DNA of 64,000 nt from Bacteroidales bacterium (lineage in GTDB: Bacteria > Bacteroidota > Bacteroidia > Bacteroidales > UBA932), in NCBI GenBank assembly GCA_011620605.1, contig WOYW01000005.1:32232-96231 (forward strand). The letters are read 5' to 3'. Below the pieces are notes generated by a model. It was given only the letters and a program-made list of their open reading frames with translations. It was not told the DNA's origin and did no database searches. The stretch's first letter is position 1, and each line of letters starts with the position of its first letter. Positions 1 through 9,227 of this stretch are shown here, one piece after another. A program made the position numbers and the translations under genes.

Positions 1-704
1 TTTAAATAATCACAAGGCTCGTATTCGTACGACATCGTTACCGGAACGATGTTCAGCGAAGCATAGTTTTCAACCGGATTTTTACGGGATCCGCTCATGG
101 CCATCATTTTCACCAACGCATGGGAGGTTTTGTCTATGCCGTCTTTCGTACGGCCGTTGCGCTGGGCTATCCAACAGGAAACACCTTCGCCGACGCAGCT
201 GCGAATGAATTCACTAAGGATGGTTGAATTCTTGAACAAAGTCCGCTTGTTTCCCTTACGAACGACCTTGAACATTTTGTTGGAACGGGCAATGTCTTCT
301 GCCAGTTGATTGATCAGCAGGTTGTCCCCATAGGTGATCATACTGGTGGGCAGGTTGTTGTATACAAAGACCATCTGCAGCAGGGAAGAATCCAGGATAA
401 TGTCACGATGGTTGGAAATATACAGGTAGCCCTTGTCCCGTTTGATCTCCGGACTGAAATCATAAGTAAACTGTTCCATGGTCGTTTGTATGACACACTC
501 ATTGAAAGCGTACATCCATTCCATCTGGAACTGAAAAACGGTTTTAATTTTAAGAACCTTACGAATGGCTTCTTCCGGAGTGATTCCTGGAAAAATGAGC
601 CCGGCTACCAAAGGAAAATACGTATGGGCTGCAATTCGCTGCATGGCCTCCGGTATTTCCTTATCTGTATAGGGCCTTAAATGTTCAGGAAAATCTTCAA
701 TCAC
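1..704 (-). CDS. Lysophospholipid (1-acyl-sn-glycerol-3-phosphate) acyltransferase family protein; 3' end lies beyond the window start
   Basis: Own minus-strand translation; the ORF is absent from the track because no stop lies in the window. It reads ...KGYLYISNHRDIILDSSLLQMV...IAQRNGRTKDGIDKT..., which contains acyltransferase-type HRD and RNGRT blocks. There is no ATG. A GTG at 704 after an in-frame TGA is the probable start. The gene is co-directional with the KS-like genes upstream. Confidence 0.55.
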   Translation of the reverse strand, partial: MIEDFPEHLRPYTDKEIPEAMQRIAAHTYFPLVAGLIFPGITPEEAIRKVLKIKTVFQFQMEWMYAFNECVIQTTMEQFTYDFSPEIKRDKGYLYISNHRDIILDSSLLQMVFVYNNLPTSMITYGDNLLINQLAEDIARSNKMFKVVRKGNKRTLFKNSTILSEFIRSCVGEGVSCWIAQRNGRTKDGIDKTSHALVKMMAMSGSRKNPVENYASLNIVPVTMSYEYEPCDYL

Positions 705-816
705 AATACTTCTTTTAATTCAACAATAACTGCCCCGCAACCACTTCACAACTCTTCAGCAACCACACCACTCTCACATTAAATCTGCCACAAATTCAAT
801 ACCAGATTGAACGTTA

Positions 817-1452
817 TCAATAAATCCGTAACATTTCAATGCAAAAACGTTCTTCCCGCAGATCGTAATCCATCTGGAAATTTGCGGGAGGTCTTTTAAG
901 TAAACACAATAATGAGGATACATACCCTCCATAACATTCCACATACCCGGCCAGCAAAGTATTCAAACCGGGTTCGGTCTCAAAAATACCGTGACAAGTC
1001 CGGAAATACTGTTCGTATATAAACCCGTCAGACAGATATATTCCCGTTTCCCCGGATATCTTATGACGGCATGCAATGCTGCTGCAAATAGCATTGGGGA
1101 TCACCCGCTCGTAAGCCCTCTCGTTAACAGTCAATCCTTCCATAACACGGACAAGCGTATAATCGGCACCCAGACAACCCGAACGCGAATAAATCAACAA
1201 CCCCATATCGGGCTTTTCCTGTTCCACATCGTACCCGTTGTGGCGCATCAGCAACTCGGCAGTTATGAAGCCAAGTTTGCTGTAATCATCCATATTATTG
1301 TAGTCGTGGTAATTGACGTTTAATTGCTCGTACACTTTATCCAGATCTTCTCCCACATTATTTCCCATCATGAATTTTTCAAGCTCCTGAAGCCGCACTC
1401 CGTCCACGATAATGGAATGGTTTGTGATCCTGCAATAAGACTTAATTATCAT
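817..1452 (-). CDS. Short KS-N-terminal-like protein, possibly a chain-length-factor-type partner of the adjacent ketosynthase
   Basis: A 211-aa ORF lies 3 nt downstream of the KS-like gene and upstream of the acyltransferase. The arrangement resembles the short CLF plus LPLAT pair of aryl-polyene/flexirubin clusters. The assignment rests on context only. Confidence 0.35.
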   Translation of the reverse strand: MIIKSYCRITNHSIIVDGVRLQELEKFMMGNNVGEDLDKVYEQLNVNYHDYNNMDDYSKLGFITAELLMRHNGYDVEQEKPDMGLLIYSRSGCLGADYTLVRVMEGLTVNERAYERVIPNAICSSIACRHKISGETGIYLSDGFIYEQYFRTCHGIFETEPGLNTLLAGYVECYGGYVSSLLCLLKRPPANFQMDYDLREERFCIEMLRIY

Positions 1453-1455
1453 AAC

Positions 1456-2646
1456 TTACCTTTCTTTGGTAAATAAAGCCACGGCATTCACGCCTCCGAA
1501 TCCCATGGAAACGTTCAGAAAACTGTTTTTTCGCGAAGACTGCACCTCGGTAACAACATTTACTTTACCCGGCATTTCTTTCTTATGAAACCCCAGGGTG
1601 GGCAATATTTCTTCATTCTCCAGGGACCTGGCACCCAACACACTGTTCATTAAGCTGGTAGAGCCGGAACTGTGTCCAAAGTTTCCTTCAAAACAATTCA
1701 TAGGCACTCTGCGTAACCCACTCTTTTCCAATACTGTAAGAACCATTTTGTCGTAACTTTTCAGCCCTACACCGTGAACGTTTATGAAGGACAGGTCCCG
1801 GACAGACTCCTCCTGCATTACGGTATGTAAAGCCCGTTGAAGCGCTTTTCCATCCGGATGAGGTTTTTGGGCATAACAGGGATCGTTGGTTACCACACCA
1901 CGTACAAATTTTATAACAGACTGTAAATGAAGGTCCTTCCTGTCTTTGAGGTATCTTTCTTCACTCATGTATATGGTGCAGGAAGCCGATTCTCCTGGAT
2001 TGGTCCCGTCGTAAGTATTATCGAACGGCCGTACAAAATGTTCCGATACAAGTCCTGCACTCCGTAACAAAGCTATAGTGAACATGCTGAGTAATTCCAC
2101 ACCTATAACAACCGCAAAATCGTAAGGACTTCCTTTACACAATAACCGGTTCGCGACGATCTGGGCCTGCAAACCGGACAAAGATGAATTCATGACTACA
2201 TAGGGTCTCCCCGGTAATTTCAATTCATCCATCATCCGTTGAGGGACGTGCCAGGGATAAAGCCGGGGCCTGGTAGTATGATCGCTCAGCTCCCTGTATG
2301 AATCCACATCGCCCTTGGTTGTACAGAATACTAATGCTACCTTACGACTGGATAAGATCTCGTTACGGTATTGGTCGGGAACGGTATTGGATACAGCCGA
2401 TTCAAAGACAGCAGACATTGCCTGGCGGTAACGGGACATGGCGTGTGTACGTGCTCCGCAATAGGGCGCCGCCAAAGCTTCCAGATCCCGCGGACTGATA
2501 AGAGCGGCCTTAATAGGATAGGGCATGTTCCGGAATCCGGCCTGAAACTGCCTGATCCCGGTATAACCAGCTTTAACGGCCTGATAATTTTCCTCGGTAG
2601 TGGCTCCCAAAGGTGATATTATACCGTCACCAATTTTATACATCAT
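1456..2646 (-). CDS. Beta-ketoacyl-ACP synthase family protein (KS-like, Ser at the nucleophile position)
   Basis: The 396-aa product has a thiolase/KAS I-II-like layout. The His motifs are present (INVHGVGL, GNFGHSSGSTS). The segment aligned to the ATACxSG nucleophile block reads MNSSLSG. Confidence 0.7.
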   Translation of the reverse strand: MMYKIGDGIISPLGATTEENYQAVKAGYTGIRQFQAGFRNMPYPIKAALISPRDLEALAAPYCGARTHAMSRYRQAMSAVFESAVSNTVPDQYRNEILSSRKVALVFCTTKGDVDSYRELSDHTTRPRLYPWHVPQRMMDELKLPGRPYVVMNSSLSGLQAQIVANRLLCKGSPYDFAVVIGVELLSMFTIALLRSAGLVSEHFVRPFDNTYDGTNPGESASCTIYMSEERYLKDRKDLHLQSVIKFVRGVVTNDPCYAQKPHPDGKALQRALHTVMQEESVRDLSFINVHGVGLKSYDKMVLTVLEKSGLRRVPMNCFEGNFGHSSGSTSLMNSVLGARSLENEEILPTLGFHKKEMPGKVNVVTEVQSSRKNSFLNVSMGFGGVNAVALFTKER

Positions 2647-2681
2647 ATTACTACAAATTTATGAAAATTTCCAGAATATGA

Positions 2682-2689
2682 TAAATTTG
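2682..2689 (+). promoter_or_regulatory. Bacteroidota -7 promoter box (TAAATTTG) for the patatin gene; mirrored copy at 2654-2661 serves the divergent KS-like gene
   Basis: The box matches TAnnTTTG and lies 14 nt before the ATG at 2704. It is part of a perfect 12-bp inverted repeat, ctacaaatttat (2651-2662) and ataaatttgtag (2681-2692). Confidence 0.45.
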
Positions 2690-2703
2690 TAGAAAAACCT
2701 GTA

Positions 2704-5037
2704 ATGAAGTCTGTAACCTTTCTGGGAATATTGTTTTTGAGCGTTTTTCCCTGCTCTGCCACATTGTTCGGAATCCCTAATGATATTTGCCGGGGCGGAG
2801 ACGTTGTGGCAGAAGCAGTGCCCGGAACGGACGGAAGTGTGCCCAGGCGGAAGAAGGTGGGTCTGGTGCTGAGCGGAGGAGGAGCCAAAGGGATCGCTCA
2901 CATTGGGGTTTTAAAAGTGCTTGAAGAAGCCGGCATCCCCATTGATTACATTGCCGGAACCAGCATGGGAGCCATCGTGGGCGGCATGTACGCCATAGGC
3001 TTCAGCCCGGCTGCCATGGACAGCATCATGCGCATCCAGAACTGGCTGAACTTATTGAGCGACAAGATCACCCGTGACAAACTCTTTTTCACTGAAAAGG
3101 AAATTTCTGATAAATCCCTGATCACCATTCCTTTTGATAAAGACCGCTTTTACATATCTACCGGGTTGCTCAGCGGCGGTACCGTTATGGATATGCTGAG
3201 CGAATATACCGTGGGATACCACCAGATGGAAACCTTTGACGATCTGCCCATTCCCTTTGCCTGTGTAGCTTACGACCTGCTTACGGGAGATGAAGTGGTC
3301 ATGCGGGAAGGAAGCCTTCCGCTGGCTATCCGTGCCAGTATGTCCATTCCAGGAGCTTTCACCACTGTGGAACGGGGGAACCGGGTCTTGATAGACGGCG
3401 GGGTGATCAACAATTTTCCGGCTGATGTTGTCAAAGAAATGGGAGCCGAGATCATCATTGGCGTGGACGTGAGCATGATGACACAGAACCGGGAAGATCT
3501 TAAAAGTGGAAAAATTACGGAAGCAGACCGGAACAGCCTCCTGTTCATTATAGATCACATGATGGAACGGATTGGACGGGAAAAGTTCGATAAAAATAAA
3601 AAGCTGACGAATCTGTACATCCACCCCGATACGCATCCATACACCACGGCCAGTTTTACAAAAACGGCCGTTGATTCCTTGTTGATCCGGGGTGAACGCA
3701 TTGCCCGCGAGAACTGGGATGCCATTATGGCCGTCAAGGAACTTATTGGGATCACCCCCCTGGATGATGTCAAACTGCCTCCAAACCGGCCTGAAAACAC
3801 CAATGACCCTACACGGGACAGCATCCGGGTGGGTAATATTTTCTTTTCCGGGATCAACACACTCAATGAAAACAACCTGCGGCGTATGCTTCGATTCAAG
3901 GAATTTTCCACCATAAGCCGTGAAACAATTTCCGAAGCGCTGGACCGTATGAACGGGACTGGCAGCTTTTCTTCACTGACTTATTCCCTGGTTCAGGAAG
4001 AAGATCATTTTAACCTGACTTTTGATTGCCGGGAACGATCGCGCAGTGCCATCAGCGTAGGCATCCGTTTTGACACCCGTGACATTGCAGTGGGGTATTT
4101 GAACGGTGTTTTTGCACCCCGCGATCTGAAAGGCGGGATGCTGGAGGTCACAGGAAGGCTTTCCACCAATCCCTACATAAATGCGGGCATTTTTTACCAG
4201 GATGCCTGGCTGGGAAGGTTTGGCCTTTCGTATACCTACCGGTATGGGAACGTAGATATGTACACCAACAGCGACACTACATCCTATAACATCCGTTTTC
4301 ACCAGAACCGCCTGAATTTTGACGTAGCCAACTTTTATTACAGGAATTTCAACATTTACCTGGGGGCGCGTTATGAAAATTACCGGTCTCCGCGCATGAT
4401 CACTGTGAATGAATCTGCCGCAAACCGGACAAGCATTAAAGAAAATCTTATAAGTTACAGGGCTGGAGTGCGCTACGACAGCTACGACAATGCCTATTAC
4501 CCTTCCAAAGGTGTCCAGTTTAACGCCGAATATGCCTTATATACAGATGACTTTTCACAATTCCGGGACGGAATGCCCTTTTCGGCATTTTCAGCTTCCC
4601 TCTACATAGCCGTTCCGGCAACAGAGCATTTGACCATTGTTCCGGCACTTTACGGGAGGTTTCTCTATGGTGAGGAATTTGCATTCTTTCAACAGAATTT
4701 TGCGGGTGGCACGTACGGCGGGCATTACATAGAGCATCAACTGCCGTTTTACGGCTTCCAGCCCACGGAAGTAGTGGAGAATAAATTCCTGGCAACGTGT
4801 GTGGAAGCACGTTACCGCCTGGGGCAGAATCATTACTTTTGGGTCAAGGGAAATGTTGCCAGGATAAGCCGTTCAACACTGGAACTGATAGAATGGGACA
4901 AAGGTATGTATATGGTTGGGGCCGCTGCCGGGTATTCCTTTGACAGTCCCCTGGGACCTATAGATTTTTTGGTAGAATACGGGTTGCACCCGGGTGCCAA
5001 ATTTGGCGTCTACATTAATCTGGGGAAGTATTTCTAA
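2704..5037 (+). CDS. Patatin-like phospholipase fused to a C-terminal Omp85/surface-antigen beta-barrel (PlpD-like)
   Basis: The 777-aa product has a signal peptide and the patatin motifs GLVLSGGGAKGIAHIGV and GTSMGA. The long C-terminal half is Tyr/Gly-rich with alternating beta strands and ends in ...INLGKYF. Confidence 0.85.
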   Translation: MKSVTFLGILFLSVFPCSATLFGIPNDICRGGDVVAEAVPGTDGSVPRRKKVGLVLSGGGAKGIAHIGVLKVLEEAGIPIDYIAGTSMGAIVGGMYAIGFSPAAMDSIMRIQNWLNLLSDKITRDKLFFTEKEISDKSLITIPFDKDRFYISTGLLSGGTVMDMLSEYTVGYHQMETFDDLPIPFACVAYDLLTGDEVVMREGSLPLAIRASMSIPGAFTTVERGNRVLIDGGVINNFPADVVKEMGAEIIIGVDVSMMTQNREDLKSGKITEADRNSLLFIIDHMMERIGREKFDKNKKLTNLYIHPDTHPYTTASFTKTAVDSLLIRGERIARENWDAIMAVKELIGITPLDDVKLPPNRPENTNDPTRDSIRVGNIFFSGINTLNENNLRRMLRFKEFSTISRETISEALDRMNGTGSFSSLTYSLVQEEDHFNLTFDCRERSRSAISVGIRFDTRDIAVGYLNGVFAPRDLKGGMLEVTGRLSTNPYINAGIFYQDAWLGRFGLSYTYRYGNVDMYTNSDTTSYNIRFHQNRLNFDVANFYYRNFNIYLGARYENYRSPRMITVNESAANRTSIKENLISYRAGVRYDSYDNAYYPSKGVQFNAEYALYTDDFSQFRDGMPFSAFSASLYIAVPATEHLTIVPALYGRFLYGEEFAFFQQNFAGGTYGGHYIEHQLPFYGFQPTEVVENKFLATCVEARYRLGQNHYFWVKGNVARISRSTLELIEWDKGMYMVGAAAGYSFDSPLGPIDFLVEYGLHPGAKFGVYINLGKYF

Positions 5038-6244
5038 CCTGTCTGACAAGTACTTTATCTATCCGGGCAATATCCATATCCACAATCTCTATGGACAATC
5101 CTTTCCAGAGAAACGTTTCTCCCGTTACCGGTACGTGTTCCAGAATATCCAGTATTAATCCGCTCAGGGTGTTGTAATCGTGTTCCGCGGCCAGGTCTTC
5201 CATATCAAAATGTTCCAGGAAGGCATAGAAGTCGCATTGCCCGTCAACCAGGAAAGAACCGTCGGCGCGTGCTATGATGTCATGATCCTCTTTGTTTTCG
5301 GGCAATTCTCCTATGATGGCTTCCATGATATCAGAATGGGTCACCATTCCCTGGATACTGCCGAATTCATCGGTAACCAGGGCGTATTTGCTGTAGGCAA
5401 TCCGGATCTGTTCCACGGCGGCATATACGCTTAAATTTTCCGGCAAAAAGAGGGGTTTGTGGATCACGGAACGCAAATCGAATCCTTCTTTGTCGATCTT
5501 TCCAAAAAGGTCTTTCATATAAACCACTCCCAATAGCTGGTCCAGGTCTTCATCGGCTACGGGATAGATCCCATGCAGGTTCTGCTTGACCATATCCATG
5601 ATCATTTCTATGGGATCGTTTATATCAAGCCATACCAGGTCACTACGGTGCGTCATAACGGTTTCAATGGTACGGTCACCCAGGTTGAACACGCGTTCAA
5701 CCAGTTCCTGTTCCACTTCCCGGATCTCGCCATCCTCTCGGCCTTCTTCTATCAGGGCTTTGATCTCGTCTTCGGTGACCTTGGCTTCTTTCATATCTGA
5801 AAGACCGAAAAGCATCATGATTCCCTTGGTGCTTTTGGAAAGGAGCCACACAAAAGGATAGGTCAACTGCCGCAACAGTTTCATCAGCCCGGACATGGCT
5901 TTGGCGATCTTGTCTGCGGCCATCATGCCCAACCGCTTGGGGACAAGTTCCCCTATGACCAGCGTCAGGTATGTTACAATGGTTACTATCAGCACGTTGG
6001 ATATCCACTGCGCATGCTTTTCCAGGGGCGCCCACCGGGCCAGAATTACTGCCAGGTCACCGGAAAGCCGGTTTCCTGAAAAAAGTCCTGTCAAAATGGC
6101 TATCAGGGTAATGCCTATCTGAATAGTGGATAAGAAACGGTCGTCTGCCTGCTGCTTATACTTACGGGATGATACGAAGGCCATTTCGGTCATAGACAGG
6201 ATCCCGTTTAAAAGAATAAGTGCCAGTATAATAATTATTTCCAT
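5015..6244 (-). CDS. CNNM/DUF21-CBS-CorC_HlyC family membrane protein (hemolysin-like, putative divalent-cation efflux)
   Basis: An N-terminal TM domain is followed by a CBS pair and a CorC/HlyC-type C-terminus. The start was moved to the ATG at 6244 (MEIIIILALILLNG...), because the 19 upstream track codons overlap the DedA gene. Confidence 0.85.
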   Translation of the reverse strand: MEIIIILALILLNGILSMTEMAFVSSRKYKQQADDRFLSTIQIGITLIAILTGLFSGNRLSGDLAVILARWAPLEKHAQWISNVLIVTIVTYLTLVIGELVPKRLGMMAADKIAKAMSGLMKLLRQLTYPFVWLLSKSTKGIMMLFGLSDMKEAKVTEDEIKALIEEGREDGEIREVEQELVERVFNLGDRTIETVMTHRSDLVWLDINDPIEMIMDMVKQNLHGIYPVADEDLDQLLGVVYMKDLFGKIDKEGFDLRSVIHKPLFLPENLSVYAAVEQIRIAYSKYALVTDEFGSIQGMVTHSDIMEAIIGELPENKEDHDIIARADGSFLVDGQCDFYAFLEHFDMEDLAAEHDYNTLSGLILDILEHVPVTGETFLWKGLSIEIVDMDIARIDKVLVRQVRNTSPD

Positions 6245-6858
6245 AGTATCCTCCAGATGATGTATCCCAGGGCCAGCACACCTATACCCAGCAATATCCA
6301 TGATATCTGGGCTGTATATTCATGTACCTTTTCCATGAGCTGGTCCTTTCCCACCACGCTGTGCAACGAATAACCTATGACGGCCAGGATAGTGTTCCAT
6401 GCACCGGCACCCAAAGACGTATACAGCACAAATCGTCCCAGCGGCATCCGGGCCAGTCCGGCCGGAATGGATATCAGCTGGCGAACGGCAGGCACCAGGC
6501 GGCCGATCAGGGTGGACAGGTTTCCGTAACGCACAAAATAAGACTCGGCTTTCATCATTTTCTCTTCGTTAAGAAGAAAGGCATGTCCCAAGTGCGAATT
6601 TACAAATTTATAGATAATTGCACGGCCGATCCAAATGGAAAGGCTATAATTGATCAGGGCTCCGACAAGGGCTCCGGCGGTGGCAGACAATACTACCAGT
6701 ACCACGTTCATATCTCCGGCGGCAGCCAGATACGCTGCGGGCGGCACTACGGTCTCGGAAGGGAAAGGGATGAACGAACTTTCAATGGTCATCAACAAGG
6801 CCACCGTCCAGTAATTGAGGTGTTCCAGCGCCCATTGAATGAAAGACAAAGATTCCAT
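6235..6858 (-). CDS. DedA family membrane protein
   Basis: The 207-aa product contains ...ESSFIPFPSETVVPPAAYLAA... and a typical DedA/SNARE-associated topology. Confidence 0.85.
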   Translation of the reverse strand: MESLSFIQWALEHLNYWTVALLMTIESSFIPFPSETVVPPAAYLAAAGDMNVVLVVLSATAGALVGALINYSLSIWIGRAIIYKFVNSHLGHAFLLNEEKMMKAESYFVRYGNLSTLIGRLVPAVRQLISIPAGLARMPLGRFVLYTSLGAGAWNTILAVIGYSLHSVVGKDQLMEKVHEYTAQISWILLGIGVLALGYIIWRILWK

Positions 6859-7976
6859 TATTGTGTTCCCATGATTTGTTGTATACGTGACGAGGCTTTG
6901 AGCCCGTGCCCGGTAAGGGGTACCACTACCCTGTCAACGGCCGACAGGCGGTTACCGTATTGCTTTAAGGCAGCAACGGCCGAAGCCGATGTGGGTTCCA
7001 TGAAAACTCCCTGATGTGCAGCCATTTGCAGTCCTTCCACAATATCCCGGTCTGTAACTGTTACCGTATCACCCCCTGTTTCCTTTACGGCCTGCAGGAT
7101 CTGTGACAAACGGGCGGGATGACGTATGGCAATGCCTTCTGCCAGAATGGGTGTTTTGGGGAGCTCAGGCGTTACTTTACCCAGGGCAAAATTTTTCACA
7201 GGCGTGCAATGTTCGCTTTGCACGGCCATCAGTCGCGGATATTTTGTTATCAGACCGGCACGTTTCATTTCCTGCAATCCCAGACAGATACCCAGAAGCT
7301 GGGTGCCGCTTCCCACCGGAATAAATATGTATCCCGGCGCATCCCAGTTCATTTGTTCCATGATCTCGTAGATCACGGTCTTGGTCCCGTGCAGGAAATA
7401 CGGGTTCCATATATGTGCCGCGTAATAACTGTCAGCAGCGGCTTCTTCCGCTGCCATGGCGCAATCGGTACGGTTTCCCGGTATTTTGTGGAGCGTTGCT
7501 CCGTAGGTGCTTACCTGGATGGTTTTTGCCGAGGAGTTTCCTTCGGGCATAAAGATGTGGGCGTCTATCCCGGTCAGTGCGCTGTAAGCGGCAACGGCCG
7601 ATGCCGAGTTTCCGGACGAGTCTTCCACAATATGGGAAATGCCCAGTTCGCGGCATTTGTTGATCATCACGGCGGCTCCGCGGTCTTTAAAAGAACCGGT
7701 GGCCAGCAGGTAATCCATTTTCACCTGTACGGGTATCCCGTAAAACACCATGGGATGCAGGGGTGTGGGATTCTCCCCGAACGAAGCGGCGTTTTTGGGA
7801 TTACGTAACGGGAGTACACTGCTGTACCTTTGCAGGAAATGGTTGCCTTGAAAATTAGTAGGATCGGGCCGGAACGTTTCTTTTAGGTCCAGGTAACTGC
7901 CGCAACGGCATCGCCAGACAACGTCGTCTTCCGGGTATTGGGCCCCGCAGGCAGGACATATGAGAGTTCCGTCCAT
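6858..7976 (-). CDS. Threonine synthase-like PLP-dependent enzyme with an N-terminal zinc ribbon
   Basis: The product has CPACG...CRCG at the N-terminus, the PLP lysine block SFKDRGA, and EDSSGNSASAVAAY. Confidence 0.7.
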   Translation of the reverse strand: MDGTLICPACGAQYPEDDVVWRCRCGSYLDLKETFRPDPTNFQGNHFLQRYSSVLPLRNPKNAASFGENPTPLHPMVFYGIPVQVKMDYLLATGSFKDRGAAVMINKCRELGISHIVEDSSGNSASAVAAYSALTGIDAHIFMPEGNSSAKTIQVSTYGATLHKIPGNRTDCAMAAEEAAADSYYAAHIWNPYFLHGTKTVIYEIMEQMNWDAPGYIFIPVGSGTQLLGICLGLQEMKRAGLITKYPRLMAVQSEHCTPVKNFALGKVTPELPKTPILAEGIAIRHPARLSQILQAVKETGGDTVTVTDRDIVEGLQMAAHQGVFMEPTSASAVAALKQYGNRLSAVDRVVVPLTGHGLKASSRIQQIMGTQ

Positions 7977-7979
7977 GGT

Positions 7980-9227
7980 TTATATGTTCAGCTTTTCGCC
8001 TTCCGTAAGAGCCACCAGTGTAGCTCCGCTGATGTCTCCCCACAAATTCACGGAAGTACGTATCATATCCAGCGGTTGTTGTACCACAAGTACCAGGCCT
8101 ATCCCTTCCAAAGGCAATCCTACGGCTTCCAGCACTACGGCCAGCATTACCAGGCCGGCCAGGGGAATACCTGCGGCTCCTACGGCAGCCATCAGGCTGG
8201 TCAGGATCACCACAATTTGTTGAACAATGGTCAGTTCAATGCCATAGGCCTGGGCAATGAATATGGCCGTAACACACTCAAAAAGCGCCGTACCGTCCAT
8301 ATTGACAGTGTTTCCCAGGGGAAGGCAAAAACTGGAAATTTTTCGGGACACCCCTACTTTTTCCTGGATATCGCGCAATGCGATGGGCAGTGAGGCTGCC
8401 GAAGAAGCCGTAGTAAAGGCTGTCAGCAAAGCCGTACCCATCATTTTCATGACTTTGTAGGGATTTTTGCGTGTATAAAGGGTAAACAACCCGGGAATTG
8501 TCAACAAACCGTGAATGATGCAACCGCCGGCGATGATGGCCGAGTAGATCCCCAGGCTCCCAAACATCACCCCGAGTGCTTTGGAATCCCCTGCCTGAGC
8601 GCCGACCATGTTGGATACCACGCCAAACAGGCCTATAGGTGCAAAACGGATGACCAAAAACGTTATCTTGATCATGACTTCGTAGATCCCGTTGAATACA
8701 TCTGTGAGCAATGTCCGTGTCTTATCTCCGGATTTGGTAATGAAGAATCCAAAGAGAATGGCAAAAAAGATCACCGGAAGCATCTGGCTTTCCGACATTG
8801 CCTGGACAATGTTTTCCGGAACTATGGATACGATCTGATCCAGGAATGAATTGCTGGTGGCTTCTATTTCAGTGACTGTTTTTTCCAGCTGTAAGTCGAC
8901 ATTTTCTCCCGGTTTGAAAAAATTCACCAGTAACAATCCCAGGGTACAGGCCATCAATGTGGTGGTCACGTACCATAAAAAAGATTTCCCGGCAATGCGT
9001 CCCAGGTCAACGGCTTTTCCCACACTAGAAACCCCCATTACCAAAGCGCTGAAAACCAATGGTATTACCACCATTTTCAGCGCTCTCAGGAAAATATCTC
9101 CCAACCATTTGGTGTAGTGAATGTATTGATGGGCAAAGAGCCCGAACAACACACCCAATCCTATGCCAATGAGGATCTGCCAGTGTAAAGCTATTTTGAT
9201 CTTACGCAATGAAGCCAATAATTTCAT
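7980..9227 (-). CDS. Dicarboxylate/amino acid:cation symporter (DAACS family)
   Basis: The 415-aa polytopic protein has GltP/SstT-like reentrant-loop segments (...SSAASLP..., ...NMDGTALFE...). Confidence 0.85.
   Translation of the reverse strand: MKLLASLRKIKIALHWQILIGIGLGVLFGLFAHQYIHYTKWLGDIFLRALKMVVIPLVFSALVMGVSSVGKAVDLGRIAGKSFLWYVTTTLMACTLGLLLVNFFKPGENVDLQLEKTVTEIEATSNSFLDQIVSIVPENIVQAMSESQMLPVIFFAILFGFFITKSGDKTRTLLTDVFNGIYEVMIKITFLVIRFAPIGLFGVVSNMVGAQAGDSKALGVMFGSLGIYSAIIAGGCIIHGLLTIPGLFTLYTRKNPYKVMKMMGTALLTAFTTASSAASLPIALRDIQEKVGVSRKISSFCLPLGNTVNMDGTALFECVTAIFIAQAYGIELTIVQQIVVILTSLMAAVGAAGIPLAGLVMLAVVLEAVGLPLEGIGLVLVVQQPLDMIRTSVNLWGDISGATLVALTEGEKLNI

Noticed and set aside
97-680. Two plus-strand ORFs at the window start (97-309 and 306-680)
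   Set aside because: The opposite strand translates into a continuous acyltransferase-family protein with conserved blocks. The plus-strand ORFs are shadows of it.
6322-7808. Plus-strand ORFs of 230 and 229 aa (6322-7014 and 7119-7808), plus smaller ones
   Set aside because: They are antisense shadows of the DedA and ThrC-like genes. Their translations are Gly/Arg/His-rich nonsense.
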